From: Phyllobates terribilis
Taxonomy: Eukaryota
Length of the DNA: 64,000 nt
Reading direction: 5' to 3'
Assembly: GCF_046119375.1 (NCBI RefSeq)
Contig: NW_027362769.1
Location: 397,296,001-397,360,000 of the forward strand
Shown piece after piece: positions 49,501 through 60,159 of the stretch. Every line of letters begins with the position of its first letter. The first letter of the stretch is position 1. The notes below the pieces were generated by a model. The model was not told where the DNA came from. It worked only from the letters and a program-made list of their open reading frames with translations, and did not search any database. The translations under genes were made by a program, and so were the position numbers.

Positions 49501-52500
49501 TCAGCCGCAGACGGACAGAACGGCACCAGAAATGGCAAACAGAAGTCCCCCCGGGGGAACAGCCGGGAGAAGGAGAACCGGAGAGGCGGCGGCGGGGCAG
49601 TCAGGAAAGCAACATGTGGTCGCAACGCAGTGCAGGCCTTGTCCAGGACTCAGATACTAAAGAGGCCGCTGGTGCCGTCTCCGCCCAAACCGCCTCCCCT
49701 CCAGCTAGAGAGACACGTGGTACGACCCCCTCCCCACAGCCCCGAGCCAGACTCCCTGCCATTGGACAGTGGAACGGACCATGTGATGCAGAGGGGAGTC
49801 TGGCTGGCAGTTTTTAGACATTTGGGACAGAAAGAACTTTGTGTCTGTATGCGGGTGTGTCGGACCTGGAACCGGTGGTAAGAGCTGGCGCGGACCTGGG
49901 GAGCCCTGTACACAATGTCCTGATGTCACCAACCCCAGTGTCATTACTGAGCAATGGCAGCCGCCGCTCACTGGTGGCACCTCCTAATCAGCCAGCGCTC
50001 AGGCGCCCCCTAGTGGTGATTAAATGTGCAGAAATACTGGGTCTGTACCACCATAACGTGAGGCCCGAGCAACGGAGTAATGGTCACTTCATAAATAGTA
50101 TTATACTTCAGAGCTGAAATCGCCCAGCATTCTCTGCTTGTTCAGTGTCTGCACAGAGATTTATCTGGTGAACATATTCTGTGAAGTCCTTATACCAGTA
50201 CAGGATAAATGTACACTGTCTACACCAGCAGAATAGTGAGTGCAGCTCTGGAGGATAATACAGGATGTAACTCAGGATCAGTAATGTAATGTATGTACAC
50301 AGTGACTGCACCAGCAGAATAGTGAGTGCAGCTCTGGAGTATAATACAGGATGTAACTCAGGATCAGTAATGTAATGTATGTACACAGTGACTGCACCAG
50401 CAGAATAGTGAGTGCAGCTCTGGAGGATAATACAGGATGTAACTCAGGATCAGTAATGTAATTTATATACACAGTGACTGCACCAGCAGAATAGTGAGTG
50501 CAGCTCTGGAGTATAATACAGGATGTAACTCAGGATCAGTAATGTAATGTATGTACACAGTGACTGCACCAGCAGAATAGTGAGTGCAGCTCTGGAGGAT
50601 AATACAGGAGGTAACTCAGGATCAGTAATGTAATGTATGTACACAGTGACTGCACCAGCAGAATAGTGAGTGCAGCTCTGGAGTATAATACAGGAGGTAA
50701 CTCAGGATCAGTAATGTAATGTATGTACACAGTGACTGCACCAGCAGAATAGTGAGTGCAGCTCTGGGGTATAATACAGGATGTAACTCGGGATCAGTAA
50801 TGTAATGTATGTACACAGTGACTGCACCAGCAGAATAGTGAGCGCAGCTCTGGAGTATAATACAAGATGTAACTCAGGATCTGTAATGTATGTACACAGT
50901 GACTGCACCAGCAGAATAGTGAGCGCAGCTCTGGAGTATAATACAAGATGTAACTCAGGATCAGTAATGTAATGTATGTACACAGTGACTGCACCAGCAG
51001 AATAGTGAGCGCAGCTCTGGAGTATACACAGGACCGGTGATGTCTGTACTTGCTGATCTTTCATGTGCGGTTTATATAACTGTGCAGAAGGACCAGACGC
51101 TGGTTGCATTATCCCTGCTGCCACCACTAGAGGGAGCGCTTTGTACACATCTTCAATACTGCATTATGCATGGGGCTATAATAAGGCTTTGTGCACATAA
51201 TCAGGAATTGCTTGCAGAAATTTCAGCACCTCTTGGCAGCAAAAACTCTGCGGAAAATCTGCAGCGTTTTTGCTTGCGGATTTGCCGTGCTTTTTTTCCA
51301 GTGCATTGTATAGGAGAAACTCACACAGAATGGACGCGCTGCTTCTTTTTCTGCACATGAAATTCAGTCAGTAAAAATCCTGATCCCGTCCACAGAACTT
51401 GCAAAATGTCATAAGAAATCATGTGATAAGGTTTGCAATGCGCTGACAAAACGCACCGTGTGCACATAGCCTGATCTGTCTCCTGCTGATTATTATTTTT
51501 TTTGCATGTGATTTGACTTTTCAGGTGTTGTGATCGGCAGCTATGGACGTCCATCGACCTGAGTAGAAGAAAATCAATCACCCCTCCTATGCTGAGTGGA
51601 ATAGTCCGACGACAACCGGTCAGACTAGACCTGAGCTGGACCAACATATCAGAAAAACAGCTGACGTGGCTGATCCACCGACTGCAGGGTGAGCGGGATG
51701 ATGGGAGTAGTGGCAGAAATGGGGTGGATGATGATGGCTGCTCTTGTGAAGTTTGGGGTGGAGGTGTAGGTGCTGGTGATTCTAATGGTTTGAGCATTGT
51801 CTGGGATGATGGGAGAATGTTCTGCGTCTTGTTGGGAGAAGCAGTAGATGTGACTTGTGGTGGGGGTGGTGACTGTGGTGGTGACTGCGTGGGTTGTGGC
51901 CGAGTCAGCAAAGGGAATAGTATCAAGGTGGGCAAACTGCGGCTGGCCGTGCGGGGGAGGTGAGCAGCGGCTGGCCGTGCGGGGGAGGTGAGCAGCGGGG
52001 GGAGGTGAGCAGCGGCTGGCCGTGCGGGGGAGGTGAGCAGCGGGGGGAGGTGAGCAGCGGCTGGCCGTGCGGGGGAGGTGAGCAGCGGCTGGCCGTGCGG
52101 GGGAGGTGAGCAGCGGCTGGCCGTGCGGGGGAGGTGAGCAGCGGCTGGCCGTGCGGGGGAGGTGAGCAGCGGCTGGCCGTGCGGGGGAGGTGAGCAGCCG
52201 CTGGCCGTGCGGGGGAGGTGAGCAGCGGGGGGAGGTGAGCAGCGGCTGGCCGTGCGGGGGAGGTGAGCAGCGGCTGGCCGTGCGGGGGAGGTGAGCAGCG
52301 GCTGGCCGTGCGGGGGAGGTGAGCAGCGCTTGGAGACCATTGATGACCTCTTCTCTCCTCCCTCAGGACTGAAGGAGCTGCTGCTCGCCGGCTGCACATG
52401 GATGGCGGTCTCCTCGCTCTGGACCACCACATTCCCCTGCCTGTCTTTACTTGACCTCGGCTGGGTACAAGGGATGAAAACCTCGCACCTCCGAGAGCTG

Positions 52501-53854
52501 CTCTCACCCCCCAACTCAGACGGCAAAACAGGTGAGGGGGATGCAGATCCGCTAATTATACGGACCCCCGGGATTCCTGATACACAGCTCCAAATCCCTG
52601 CAAGATAAAGTTCTACTGCCTGTCTCCAGCACTGGAGGGCGCCCCCTGCTGACTGTAGCAGTTCTGCTGTTACTGATTAGGGTTTCTGTCATTAGCAGCC
52701 ACTGCTGAGTGTGTTTTGGATCAGTGGAGCATGCACTACCTCATTATCACCAGCAGGAGGCAGTGTCTGACCGTGCACAGGCTGAGCAGCGATCTGATCC
52801 TCCATTGTTATAACCTGTGTTGGCCATTAGACCTTTAATCAGGAGATTATATCAGTGCTGGAGCGTTATAAGCCGAGCGGCTGATATCGGACACGTGGAA
52901 GGTTCTCTGCACAGGAGACGAGACATAGTACTGACCATGGCGATGGGGAGACCTCTGCAATTCCCGCCATTCATACTATCGAAAAAATACTCGGTAATGG
53001 CTGATAACAGGGAGCAGTTGACATGTAGGTGTTGTGTTCCTTTTTAAGGGCCTCTGTCAGCACAGAATGACTGATGAAACTAAGTCCTGCCTCTCAGAGC
53101 TTCACGGCGGCCAATCATTTACCTGCACCTGCTGTCTCCGCCCCTTCTCTTTTGATTGACAGCTCTGTCTTTATAGGGCAGAGATGGATGGGAAGGTGCG
53201 GATAAATGATTGGCAGCCATGATGCACCGAGTGCCTGGACCTTTAATTGGGCACATGTCATGGTTCCGGAAGCTACCAGTAACGAGGATGCTACTTGCTG
53301 ATGGTTTCCAGCCTTGCTCACTTCCATCCCTTCCATGTTTCAGCTGCGTCAGACCTCCGGGGCCGCCTGCCCTCCTTGACAGAGCTGCGTCTGTGCGGTC
53401 TAGAAATGGGGGACTCCGCCCTGCGCCTGCTGCTTCGTTACACTCCTCGTCTCCACCGCTTGGACCTAAGTCACTGCATCCACCTGACGGATCACGGGGT
53501 CCACATCCTGACTGCTGCCACCTCTCCGCTAAGGGACAGCCTGACTCACCTCAACCTCGCAGGTACCTCCGTTGCTCCTCCCGTCGCTCCCGCTGCCGTA
53601 TGTGTCGTACAGTGATGTCAGAGGAGCTGTGATGATGTCATCATCCTGTGTTGTGTCCTCCAGGGTGTAATCGACTGACGGACCAATCACTGGCCTTCTT
53701 CAAGCGCTGCCCCCATCTACGACACGTTGATCTGCGCTCCTGCCGCCTCCTCACCAGCGAGGGCTTTCAGCGTCTGCTCCAGGATCCACCTGCCGAATCC
53801 GAGGGAAAACCTTTCCAGTGCGCGGAGGAGCATGTGCTGAGCCGAGAGAGCTAG
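34387..53854 (+). CDS. FBXL19: FBXL19 (CxxC-PHD-F-box-LRR), 655 aa; join(34387-34554,34637-34780,35438-35524,39212-39376,39465-39497,49246-49877,51525-51688,52367-52531,53344-53562,53664-53854)
   Basis: 1968 nt open frame across GT-AG introns. CxxC ([45 protein letters not shown]), PHD (CLLC...[14 protein letters not shown]...CWECPRC), F-box ([23 protein letters not shown]) and LRRs. No JmjC exon seen, which distinguishes it from KDM2A/B. Confidence 0.96.
34637..34780 (+). CDS. FBXL19: FBXL19 PHD exon ([12 protein letters not shown]...HPGCIK)
   Basis: 144 nt, AG/GT bounded. Confidence 0.95.
35438..35524 (+). CDS. FBXL19: FBXL19 exon ([29 protein letters not shown])
   Basis: 87 nt, tccacag acceptor, GTAAGT donor. 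Confidence 0.95.
35778..37312 (-). mobile_element. Heavily decayed Tc1/mariner relic
   Basis: Inverted termini gccttgaaaaagtcttcat (35783) and atgaagactttatcaaggcgctg (37290-37312); minus-strand HGGGSILLW remnant at 36361-36387; no long ORF. Confidence 0.75.
37472..38919 (+). mobile_element. Tc1/mariner transposon, internally deleted and frameshifted
   Basis: ~170-200-bp TIRs (gaccaaaagtttggacacaccttctcattt / reverse complement at 38890-38919); ORF pieces 37879-38274 and 38420-38758; segment with first catalytic D missing; right end TA followed by (TACA)n. Confidence 0.92.
39212..39376 (+). CDS. FBXL19: FBXL19 exon ([10 protein letters not shown]...WKLTDDP...GVKKK)
   Basis: 165 nt, ttttccgcag acceptor; WKLT motif; GTGGG donor is weaker. 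Confidence 0.85.
39465..39497 (+). CDS. FBXL19: FBXL19 micro-exon ([11 protein letters not shown])
   Basis: 33 nt after a strong pyrimidine tract; corresponds to VKGGRERHLKK as I recall the human protein. Confidence 0.82.
39515..49240. repeat. ~64-bp tandem array, ~150 copies, filling a FBXL19 intron
   Basis: gagctgccatgtttgttctctctcttctccctctgatcctccgctctctcctctgtccggtgcg; length varies with (CT)n. Confidence 0.98.
49246..49877 (+). CDS. FBXL19: FBXL19 large exon (EPQTPSE...[16 protein letters not shown]...F-box)
   Basis: 632 nt, exits in phase 2 at TG|GTAAG. Confidence 0.94.
50224..51026 (-). repeat. 86-bp tandem array, same family, inverted, ~9 copies; inside a FBXL19 intron
   Basis: Reverse complement of the 1-8428 unit. 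Confidence 0.97.
51185..51471. mobile_element. PIF/Harbinger-like MITE
   Basis: TAA|GGCTTTGTGCACA ... TGTGCACATAGCC|TGA; 287 bp. Confidence 0.55.
51525..51688 (+). CDS. FBXL19: FBXL19 LRR exon ([31 protein letters not shown]...HRLQG)
   Basis: 164 nt, phase 2 to 1. Confidence 0.95.
51939..52328. repeat. 28-bp G-rich minisatellite
   Basis: gcggctggccgtgcgggggaggtgagca with shorter variants. Confidence 0.95.
52367..52531 (+). CDS. FBXL19: FBXL19 LRR exon ([11 protein letters not shown]...[14 protein letters not shown])
   Basis: 165 nt, phase 1/1. Confidence 0.94.
53344..53562 (+). CDS. FBXL19: FBXL19 LRR exon ([16 protein letters not shown]...HLNLAG)
   Basis: 219 nt, phase 1/1. Confidence 0.94.
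53664..53854 (+). CDS. FBXL19: FBXL19 last coding exon (CNRLTDQSL...EEHVLSRES*)
   Basis: 191 nt ending in TAG. Confidence 0.94.
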
Positions 53855-55339
53855 CAGAAGACGTCTCGGCTCCCGTCAGAGCTCTATTGCCCCAGGCAGG
53901 GGCTTTTCTACTGTATCTGCCTCCTTTTACCTGTCCGGGTGGGTTTTACACCTGGATTTCGGTGAGGAGGTTGCACTGAACCTTCCCAGCCTTTCACTAT
54001 TGTAATGCCAGTAGGTGGCAGCAGGGAGCTGTGGCCTTTTCTGCTATTACAGTGGTTATTGGCGGGGGAGGAAACGGAACTTCCTACTAGCTCAGCCTGA
54101 GAACTGGGGGTATAAACACCCTCTAGGGGGTGTTAACATAAGGGTACCGACAGGCAAAACGACCCCTCTCCAGCCCATTCTGGGCGTTATCCTCCCAATT
54201 GCCTCCGCTCTGGTCATCACTCACTCCAGGGAGGGGGTGGGGAGGTAGTTTTATACTTTATGGGCCTGTTAGTGACACATTTGGGGGGGTGGGAAAGAAG
54301 GGTGGGGGTGGTCTTGGTTTGGGATATGGATCCGTCTCTGCAGGATGAGAGGAAGGGATCTTGAACTGAATAATGCCCGGTGGTGGATGGGCAGTGAATG
54401 TCATATTAACTGGGACAAGTTTCTGGGAAACTGGGTACAGATCTACAGGGCTTCAGGGTGCGGAGCGTCTCTCGTGATTCCCCCGTCCTGCTGGAGAGGC
54501 TGCTGATACTCCTCCGACCTGAGCGTCCGTAGCCTTTTTCTCAGGGTAAAGGGTGCGAGTGTTCCCGATATAACGGAGACACCCGAGTATTTCACAAAGG
54601 CGGTTAGATCAATCTTCTATATATCGGCGTGTTCATCCCCAGCGAAGGGGATGGGTCAGTATTGATGGACGTCTTGGCTGTAACTTGGGGGCAGGGAGCG
54701 TCGCTGTGCAGCTATGTATTAAGAGGGAGAACCGGAGAGAAGACTCGTCAGATTTTTTTTTTTTTTATTATTTTATTTGCAAGTTACCGGCACATATCGT
54801 TCTTCTCTCCCTCCTTCCCCTCTTCTCACCGCGGGTTGTTACGGTTTCTACAATTCTGCTCTGTTTTTTTTTTTTTTGTTCCTTTTTTATTTTATATAAA
54901 GTGTTTTTTGTATATATCTTGTCTTATTGTCGTTTTTGTAGTTTTCTATGACCACTTTATTTCATTGGCACTTTAGGTACCGCAATGGGGTCTCAAGTCA
55001 CCCGCTTATATCTAGATCAGGAATTCTCAAACTTTTTTTTTTTTTTTCCTGGGGCCTTATTAAACGGACTGAGATCCTGCATGTACCTCACTACACACAC
55101 CAAGATGATGTGGGACTTACCAGCTGTAGTGGAGGTCCTAAAATCATAAATAATTCAGAAGATCTGATCCTGTAAACAAAGCTTCATGTCTGACAATTTT
55201 TATTAGAGATGGGGAGAGAGATATAATATTTATTATGCATTAAACTGGAGTTTGCTGAAGTGTAAGAAGAGATTATTCCGTATTTGGTCACCTCTATAAA
55301 CTGCCTCACTGGAGATTCCAGCCTCAAAGTTTAAGAATC

Positions 55340-55665
55340 ACTGGCAATCCATTGACAAAGTTGTGCGGACACAACTTTTATCCGGCTAAAAATAAAAAAA
55401 AACTAATTTCAACTGGCTTTTTTTATTTTTTTTAACATTGAAGTCTATGGAAAATGGATTTGTTAAATAGTCATCTGTTTTCCATTTAAAATGTATCCGG
55501 TAAGCAAAAAAAACAGATGACCATTTATAATGGATCTATTTGCCCTAGACTTAAATGTTAAGCAAACAAATCCAGTTGAAAGTATTCTATAACTTATTTT
55601 TTTAAATGGATTGCTGCTGGATCTGATCTGACAGATGATTACTGGACATGTAAACATTGCCTAAT
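55340..55665. mobile_element. Palindromic MITE relic downstream of the FBXL19 stop
   Basis: Internal inverted repeat aaatagtcatctgtttt / aaaacagatgaccattt; right end catgtaaacattgcc|TAA. Confidence 0.35.
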
Positions 55666-57208
55666 AATTGGTCACTAAAAGAACAGGATCAGATTTCCGT
55701 GTTGGAATTATGGATGGATCGCTGTTTTGGGAGCCTGCAGGGCTTGTATGGTATCTATTTAGACAAAAATAATATTTGTTATCATGTTACTTTAAAAATA
55801 GCAAGCAAAAAAAAAAAAAAAACCTAAAACCACAGCATTTGCTTAATTTTAGAGAAAATATAGTGACCGCAATGGGGTCTCACCTCACCCCTTCATGTAT
55901 AAAAATGAGCACAACATTATTCATAGGGGTTTTAGCACATGACAAACTTTTAGCTTGTGCTTCTGAGTAAAGACATTTCTTTTTATTATCCTGATACCCT
56001 CTTAAATTTACAATCTATGTCAATATTCTGAGGAAATATCACTTCCTGCTGTTTCGTCATATCCACATATCAGACATGCAGCAGTGTATAGAAGCCTATA
56101 ATGTAGGACGTAAGGAAATCTTAACAGAACTACATCCCACCCCCCCACCCATCATGTGCCTGCTGTATCTAATCCTATTATGTGCTGCTATGTGCTTAGC
56201 TGTGTATCTAATACTATGATGTCTGACACAGTCTCTGTTCCTGGGTATCATGTAATAAATTACATAGATCTGGGATGTTATTAGCCCTCGACGTGTATCC
56301 CCGGAGCTGCGGTATCTCATTATTAGCGCTTTCTCGTCTGCTTGGCTTCTCAGCTGTTTTATTTTTATTACTTTGTGATTATAAGACGTGGCATCAGGCC
56401 CTAGCTCTGCTGGTTGCGGTTCCCGCTGGCACAGTTGGCAGGCGTAACTCGCAGATGTTGTGTTTGGCAATGGTTATGCTGGGACAGTGGTATGTATCTG
56501 GATTCCTGCTAAGTGACAGAGCGAAATTTCATAGAAGTTCCCCGGTTGCTGTCATTGACCACTTCCCCTTCTCCGTGTCCCTAAAAATACAAAGGGGACA
56601 CTGTGATGGGGCCACACCCGACCAAGCGAAACTCGCTAGTCATGGGTGGGGGCATAATGGATATGATCTCTGCCATAGTATGAATGATTAAACCTCCATG
56701 TCAGATGTGCAGAGCGAGCCGTGTACATCCCTACAACACTGCAGCCGAACGCATGGCGGTGATTATTATGCAACGTAACTTCTGTATAGTCTAATATTAT
56801 GCAATAAATAGACTCAGAATATTATTACAGATTTCTCAAACACAGTTACAAATGTCCTGCACAATAAGTAACATAACATTGTTTGCAGTCACCACTAGGG
56901 GGAGCTCCCTGTATACAGAGATACATGATAAGATTCTGTCTGCAGTCACCACTAGGGGGAGCTCCCTGTATACAGAGATACACGATGAGATTCTGGCTGC
57001 AGCCACCACTAGGGGGAGCTCCCTGTATACAGAGATACATGATAAGATTCTGTCTGCAGCCACCACTAGGGGGAGCTCCCTGTATACAGAGATACACAAT
57101 GAGATTCTGTCTGCATCCGCCTCTAGGGGGAGCTCCCTGTATACAGAGATACATGATGAGATTCTGGCTGCAGCCACCACTAGGGGGAGCTCCCTGTATA
57201 CAGAGATA

Positions 57209-58856
57209 CAGTTAGGTCCATATATATTTGGACAGAGACAACATTTTTCTAATTTTGGTTCTAGACATTACCACAATGAATTTTAAACCAAACAATTCAG
57301 ATGCAGTTGAAGTTCAGACTTTCAGCTTTCATTTGAGGGTATCCACATTAAAATTGGATGAAGGGTTTAGGAGTTTCAGCTCCTTAACATGTGCCACCCT
57401 GTTTTTAAAGGGACCAAAAGTAATTGGACAGTTGACTCCGCGGCTATTTCATGGACAGGTGTGGGCAATCCCTTCGTTATGTCATTCTCAATTAAGCAGA
57501 TAAAAGGCTTGGAGTTGATTTGAGCTGTGGTGCTTCCATTTGGAAGGTTTTGCTGTGAAGTAAACATGCGGTCAAAGGAGCTCTCCATGCAGGTGAAACA
57601 AGCCATCCTTAAGCTGCAAAAACAGAAAAAACCCATCCGAGAAATTGCTACAATATTAGGAGTGGCAAAATCTACAGTTTGGTACATCCTGAGAAAGAAA
57701 GAAAGCACTGGTGAACTCATCAATGCAAAAAGACCTGGGCGCCCACGGAAGACACCAGTGGTGGATGATCGCAGAATAATCTCCATGGTGAAGAGAAACC
57801 CCTTCACAACAGCCAACCAAGTGAACAACTCTCTCCAGGAGGTAGGCGTATCAATATCCAAATCTACCATAAAGAGAAGACTGCATGAAAGTAAATACAG
57901 AGGGTTCACTGCATGGTGCAAGCCACTCATAAGCATCAAGAAGAAAAAGCCGAGACTGGACTTTGCTAAAAAACATCTAAAAAAGCCAGCACAGTTCTGG
58001 AAGAACATTCTTTGGACAGATGAAACCAAGATCAACCTCTACCAGAATGATGGAAAGAGAAAAGTATGGCGAAGGCGTGGTACAGCTCATGATCCAAAGC
58101 ATACCACATCATCTGTAAAACATGGCGGAGGCAGTGTGATGGCTTGGGCATGCATGGCTGCCAGTGGCACTGGGTCACTAGTGTTTATTGATGATGTGAC
58201 ACAGGACAGAAGCAGCCGAATGAATTCTGATGTATTCAAAGCCATACTGTGTGCTCAGATCCAGCCAAATGCAGCCAAACTGATTGGTCGTCGTTTCATA
58301 CTACAGATGGACAATGACCCAAAACATAAAGCCAAAGCAACCCAGGAGTTTATTAAAGCAAAGAAGTGGAATATTCTTGAATGGCCAAGTCAGTCACCTG
58401 ATCTCAACCCAATTGAGCATGCATTTCACTTGTTAAAGACTAAACTTCAGACAGAAAGGCCCACAAACAAACAGCAACTGAAAAGCACCGCAGTGAAGGC
58501 CTGGCAGAGCATCAAAAAGGAGGAACCCCAGCGTCTGGTGATGTCCATGAGTTCAAGACTTCAGGCCGTCATTGCCAACAAAGGGTTTTCAACCAAGTAC
58601 TAGAAATGAACATTTTATTTACAATTATTTAATCTGTCCAATTACTTTTGGTCCCTTTAAAAACAGGGTGGCACATGTTAAGGAGCTGAAACTCCTAAAC
58701 CCTTCATCCAATTTTAATGTGGATACCCTCAAATGAAAGCTGAAAGTCTGAACTTCAACTGCATCTGGATTATTTTGTTTAAAATTCATTGTGGTAATGT
58801 CTAGAACCAAAATTAGAAATATGTTGTCTCTGTCCAAATATATATGGACCTAGCTG
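57209..58856 (+). mobile_element. Tc1/mariner DNA transposon, full length, intact ORF
   Basis: 222-bp TIRs (57209-57430 / 58635-58856, ~5 mismatches), TA duplicated on both sides, 1648 bp. Confidence 0.96.
57566..58603 (+). CDS. Tc1-family DD34E transposase, 345 aa
   Basis: ATG 57566; [39 protein letters not shown]; 34 residues between second D and E. Confidence 0.93.
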   Translation: MRSKELSMQVKQAILKLQKQKKPIREIATILGVAKSTVWYILRKKESTGELINAKRPGRPRKTPVVDDRRIISMVKRNPFTTANQVNNSLQEVGVSISKSTIKRRLHESKYRGFTAWCKPLISIKKKKPRLDFAKKHLKKPAQFWKNILWTDETKINLYQNDGKRKVWRRRGTAHDPKHTTSSVKHGGGSVMAWACMAASGTGSLVFIDDVTQDRSSRMNSDVFKAILCAQIQPNAAKLIGRRFILQMDNDPKHKAKATQEFIKAKKWNILEWPSQSPDLNPIEHAFHLLKTKLQTERPTNKQQLKSTAVKAWQSIKKEEPQRLVMSMSSRLQAVIANKGFSTKY

Positions 58857-60159
58857 TACATGATAAGATTCTGTCTGCAGTCACCACTAGGGGGAGCTCT
58901 CTGTATACAGAGATACATGATGAGATTCTGTCTGCAGCCACCACTAGGGGGAGCTCCCTGTATACAGAGATACATGATAAGATCCTGTCTGCAGCCACCA
59001 CTAGGGGGAGCTCCCTGTATACAGAGATACATGATAAGATTCTGTCTGCAGCCACCACTAGGGGGAGCTCCCTGTATACAGAGATACATGATAAGATCCT
59101 GTCTGCAGCCACCACTAGGGGGAGCTCCCTGTATACAGAGATACATGATAAGATCCTGTCTGCAGCCACCACTAGGGGGAGCTCTCTGTATACAGAGATA
59201 CATGATGAGATTCTGTCTGCAGCCACCACTAGGGGGAGCTGTCTGTATGAAATATAGATAAGATATGACAGGGGAAAAAAGTCTGGAGAGGAAACAGCTG
59301 TTTGTAGGAGATTGAGGTGTCTGGAGGGGACAGAGGGGTCTTGAAGGGTATTCAGAAGTATAGAAATGACAATTTATTTTGTTGGGAGTAGAGTTCAGAG
59401 TGGGACAAATGTGTATGGAGAGGACTCAGGAGTCTGGTAGGAGTTACAAAAAAAAAGTCTTAGGAGGACAGAAGAATCTGGAGGGACAAAAAAATCTGGA
59501 GACCGAGTCTCGAAAGTACAAAAGATACTGTATGTAGAGGACAGAAGGGCCTGAAGAGGTCAGAGGAGTCTGATGGGAACAGAAGAGTCTGTTAGGAGAT
59601 CGGGAAAGAAGGACGAGTGTAGAGGAACTGACTTTTGGAGGAGAAAGGGAGTCTTCAGGAAACACGTGTCTGGAGTGGTCCATAGAGTCTGAAGGAGACA
59701 TAGATGGCTAGAAAACACAAAAGAGGTGTCTGGAGTGGACAGTGGAGCCTAGAAAGCATAGAAGGGTCTGCAAAGAGAGTATCATAGTAGTTGGAGTCTG
59801 GGGAAGGACAAAGGAGACCTGGGGGACAGGAAAATCTGGAGCATACCGGGGTATAAAGGCCAGAGAGGTGTGTAGAGTAGACATATTTGCTTGAAGGGGA
59901 CCGAGGAGCCTCGAGGAGACGGAGGTCTGTAGTAAACAGAGAAGTCTACAGAGGACAGAAGGGTCTGGAGTCAGCAATGGAGCCTGGAGTGGACAGGAAT
60001 AGGGAGGGGATAGAAAGGTCAGAAGAGTCATGAGGGAAGAAAGAAGTCTGGTGGAGGCAGAGGAGTCAACTAGGAGACAGGGTGAGGGCATAAAAGTGTA
60101 GAAGGACAGACAAGTCTAGAGGGGACAGGGAGTCTCAGGTGTCTGGAGAGAATGCAGGA

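Larger units (their letters stand above)
56885..59245. repeat. 57-bp tandem array (~13 units) split by the Tc1 insertion
   Basis: ctgcagccaccactagggggagctccctgtatacagagatacatgataagattctgt at 56885-57208 and 58857-59245. Confidence 0.95.

Noticed and set aside
40336-49625. Giant minus-strand ORFs (2818, 1924, 1911, 1059 aa)
   Set aside because: The reverse complement of the 64-bp unit has no stop codon in any frame. All three frames are open with the same cycling peptides, antisense to a FBXL19 intron.
51321-52526. 401-aa minus-strand ORF
   Set aside because: Antisense to FBXL19 exons and driven by the 28-bp repeat.
55391-55396. AATAAA as the FBXL19 poly(A) signal
   Set aside because: Lies in an A-run within a MITE relic; cannot be distinguished from other candidates without 3'-end data.
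57376-58035. 219-aa minus-strand ORF
   Set aside because: Antisense shadow of the Tc1 transposase.
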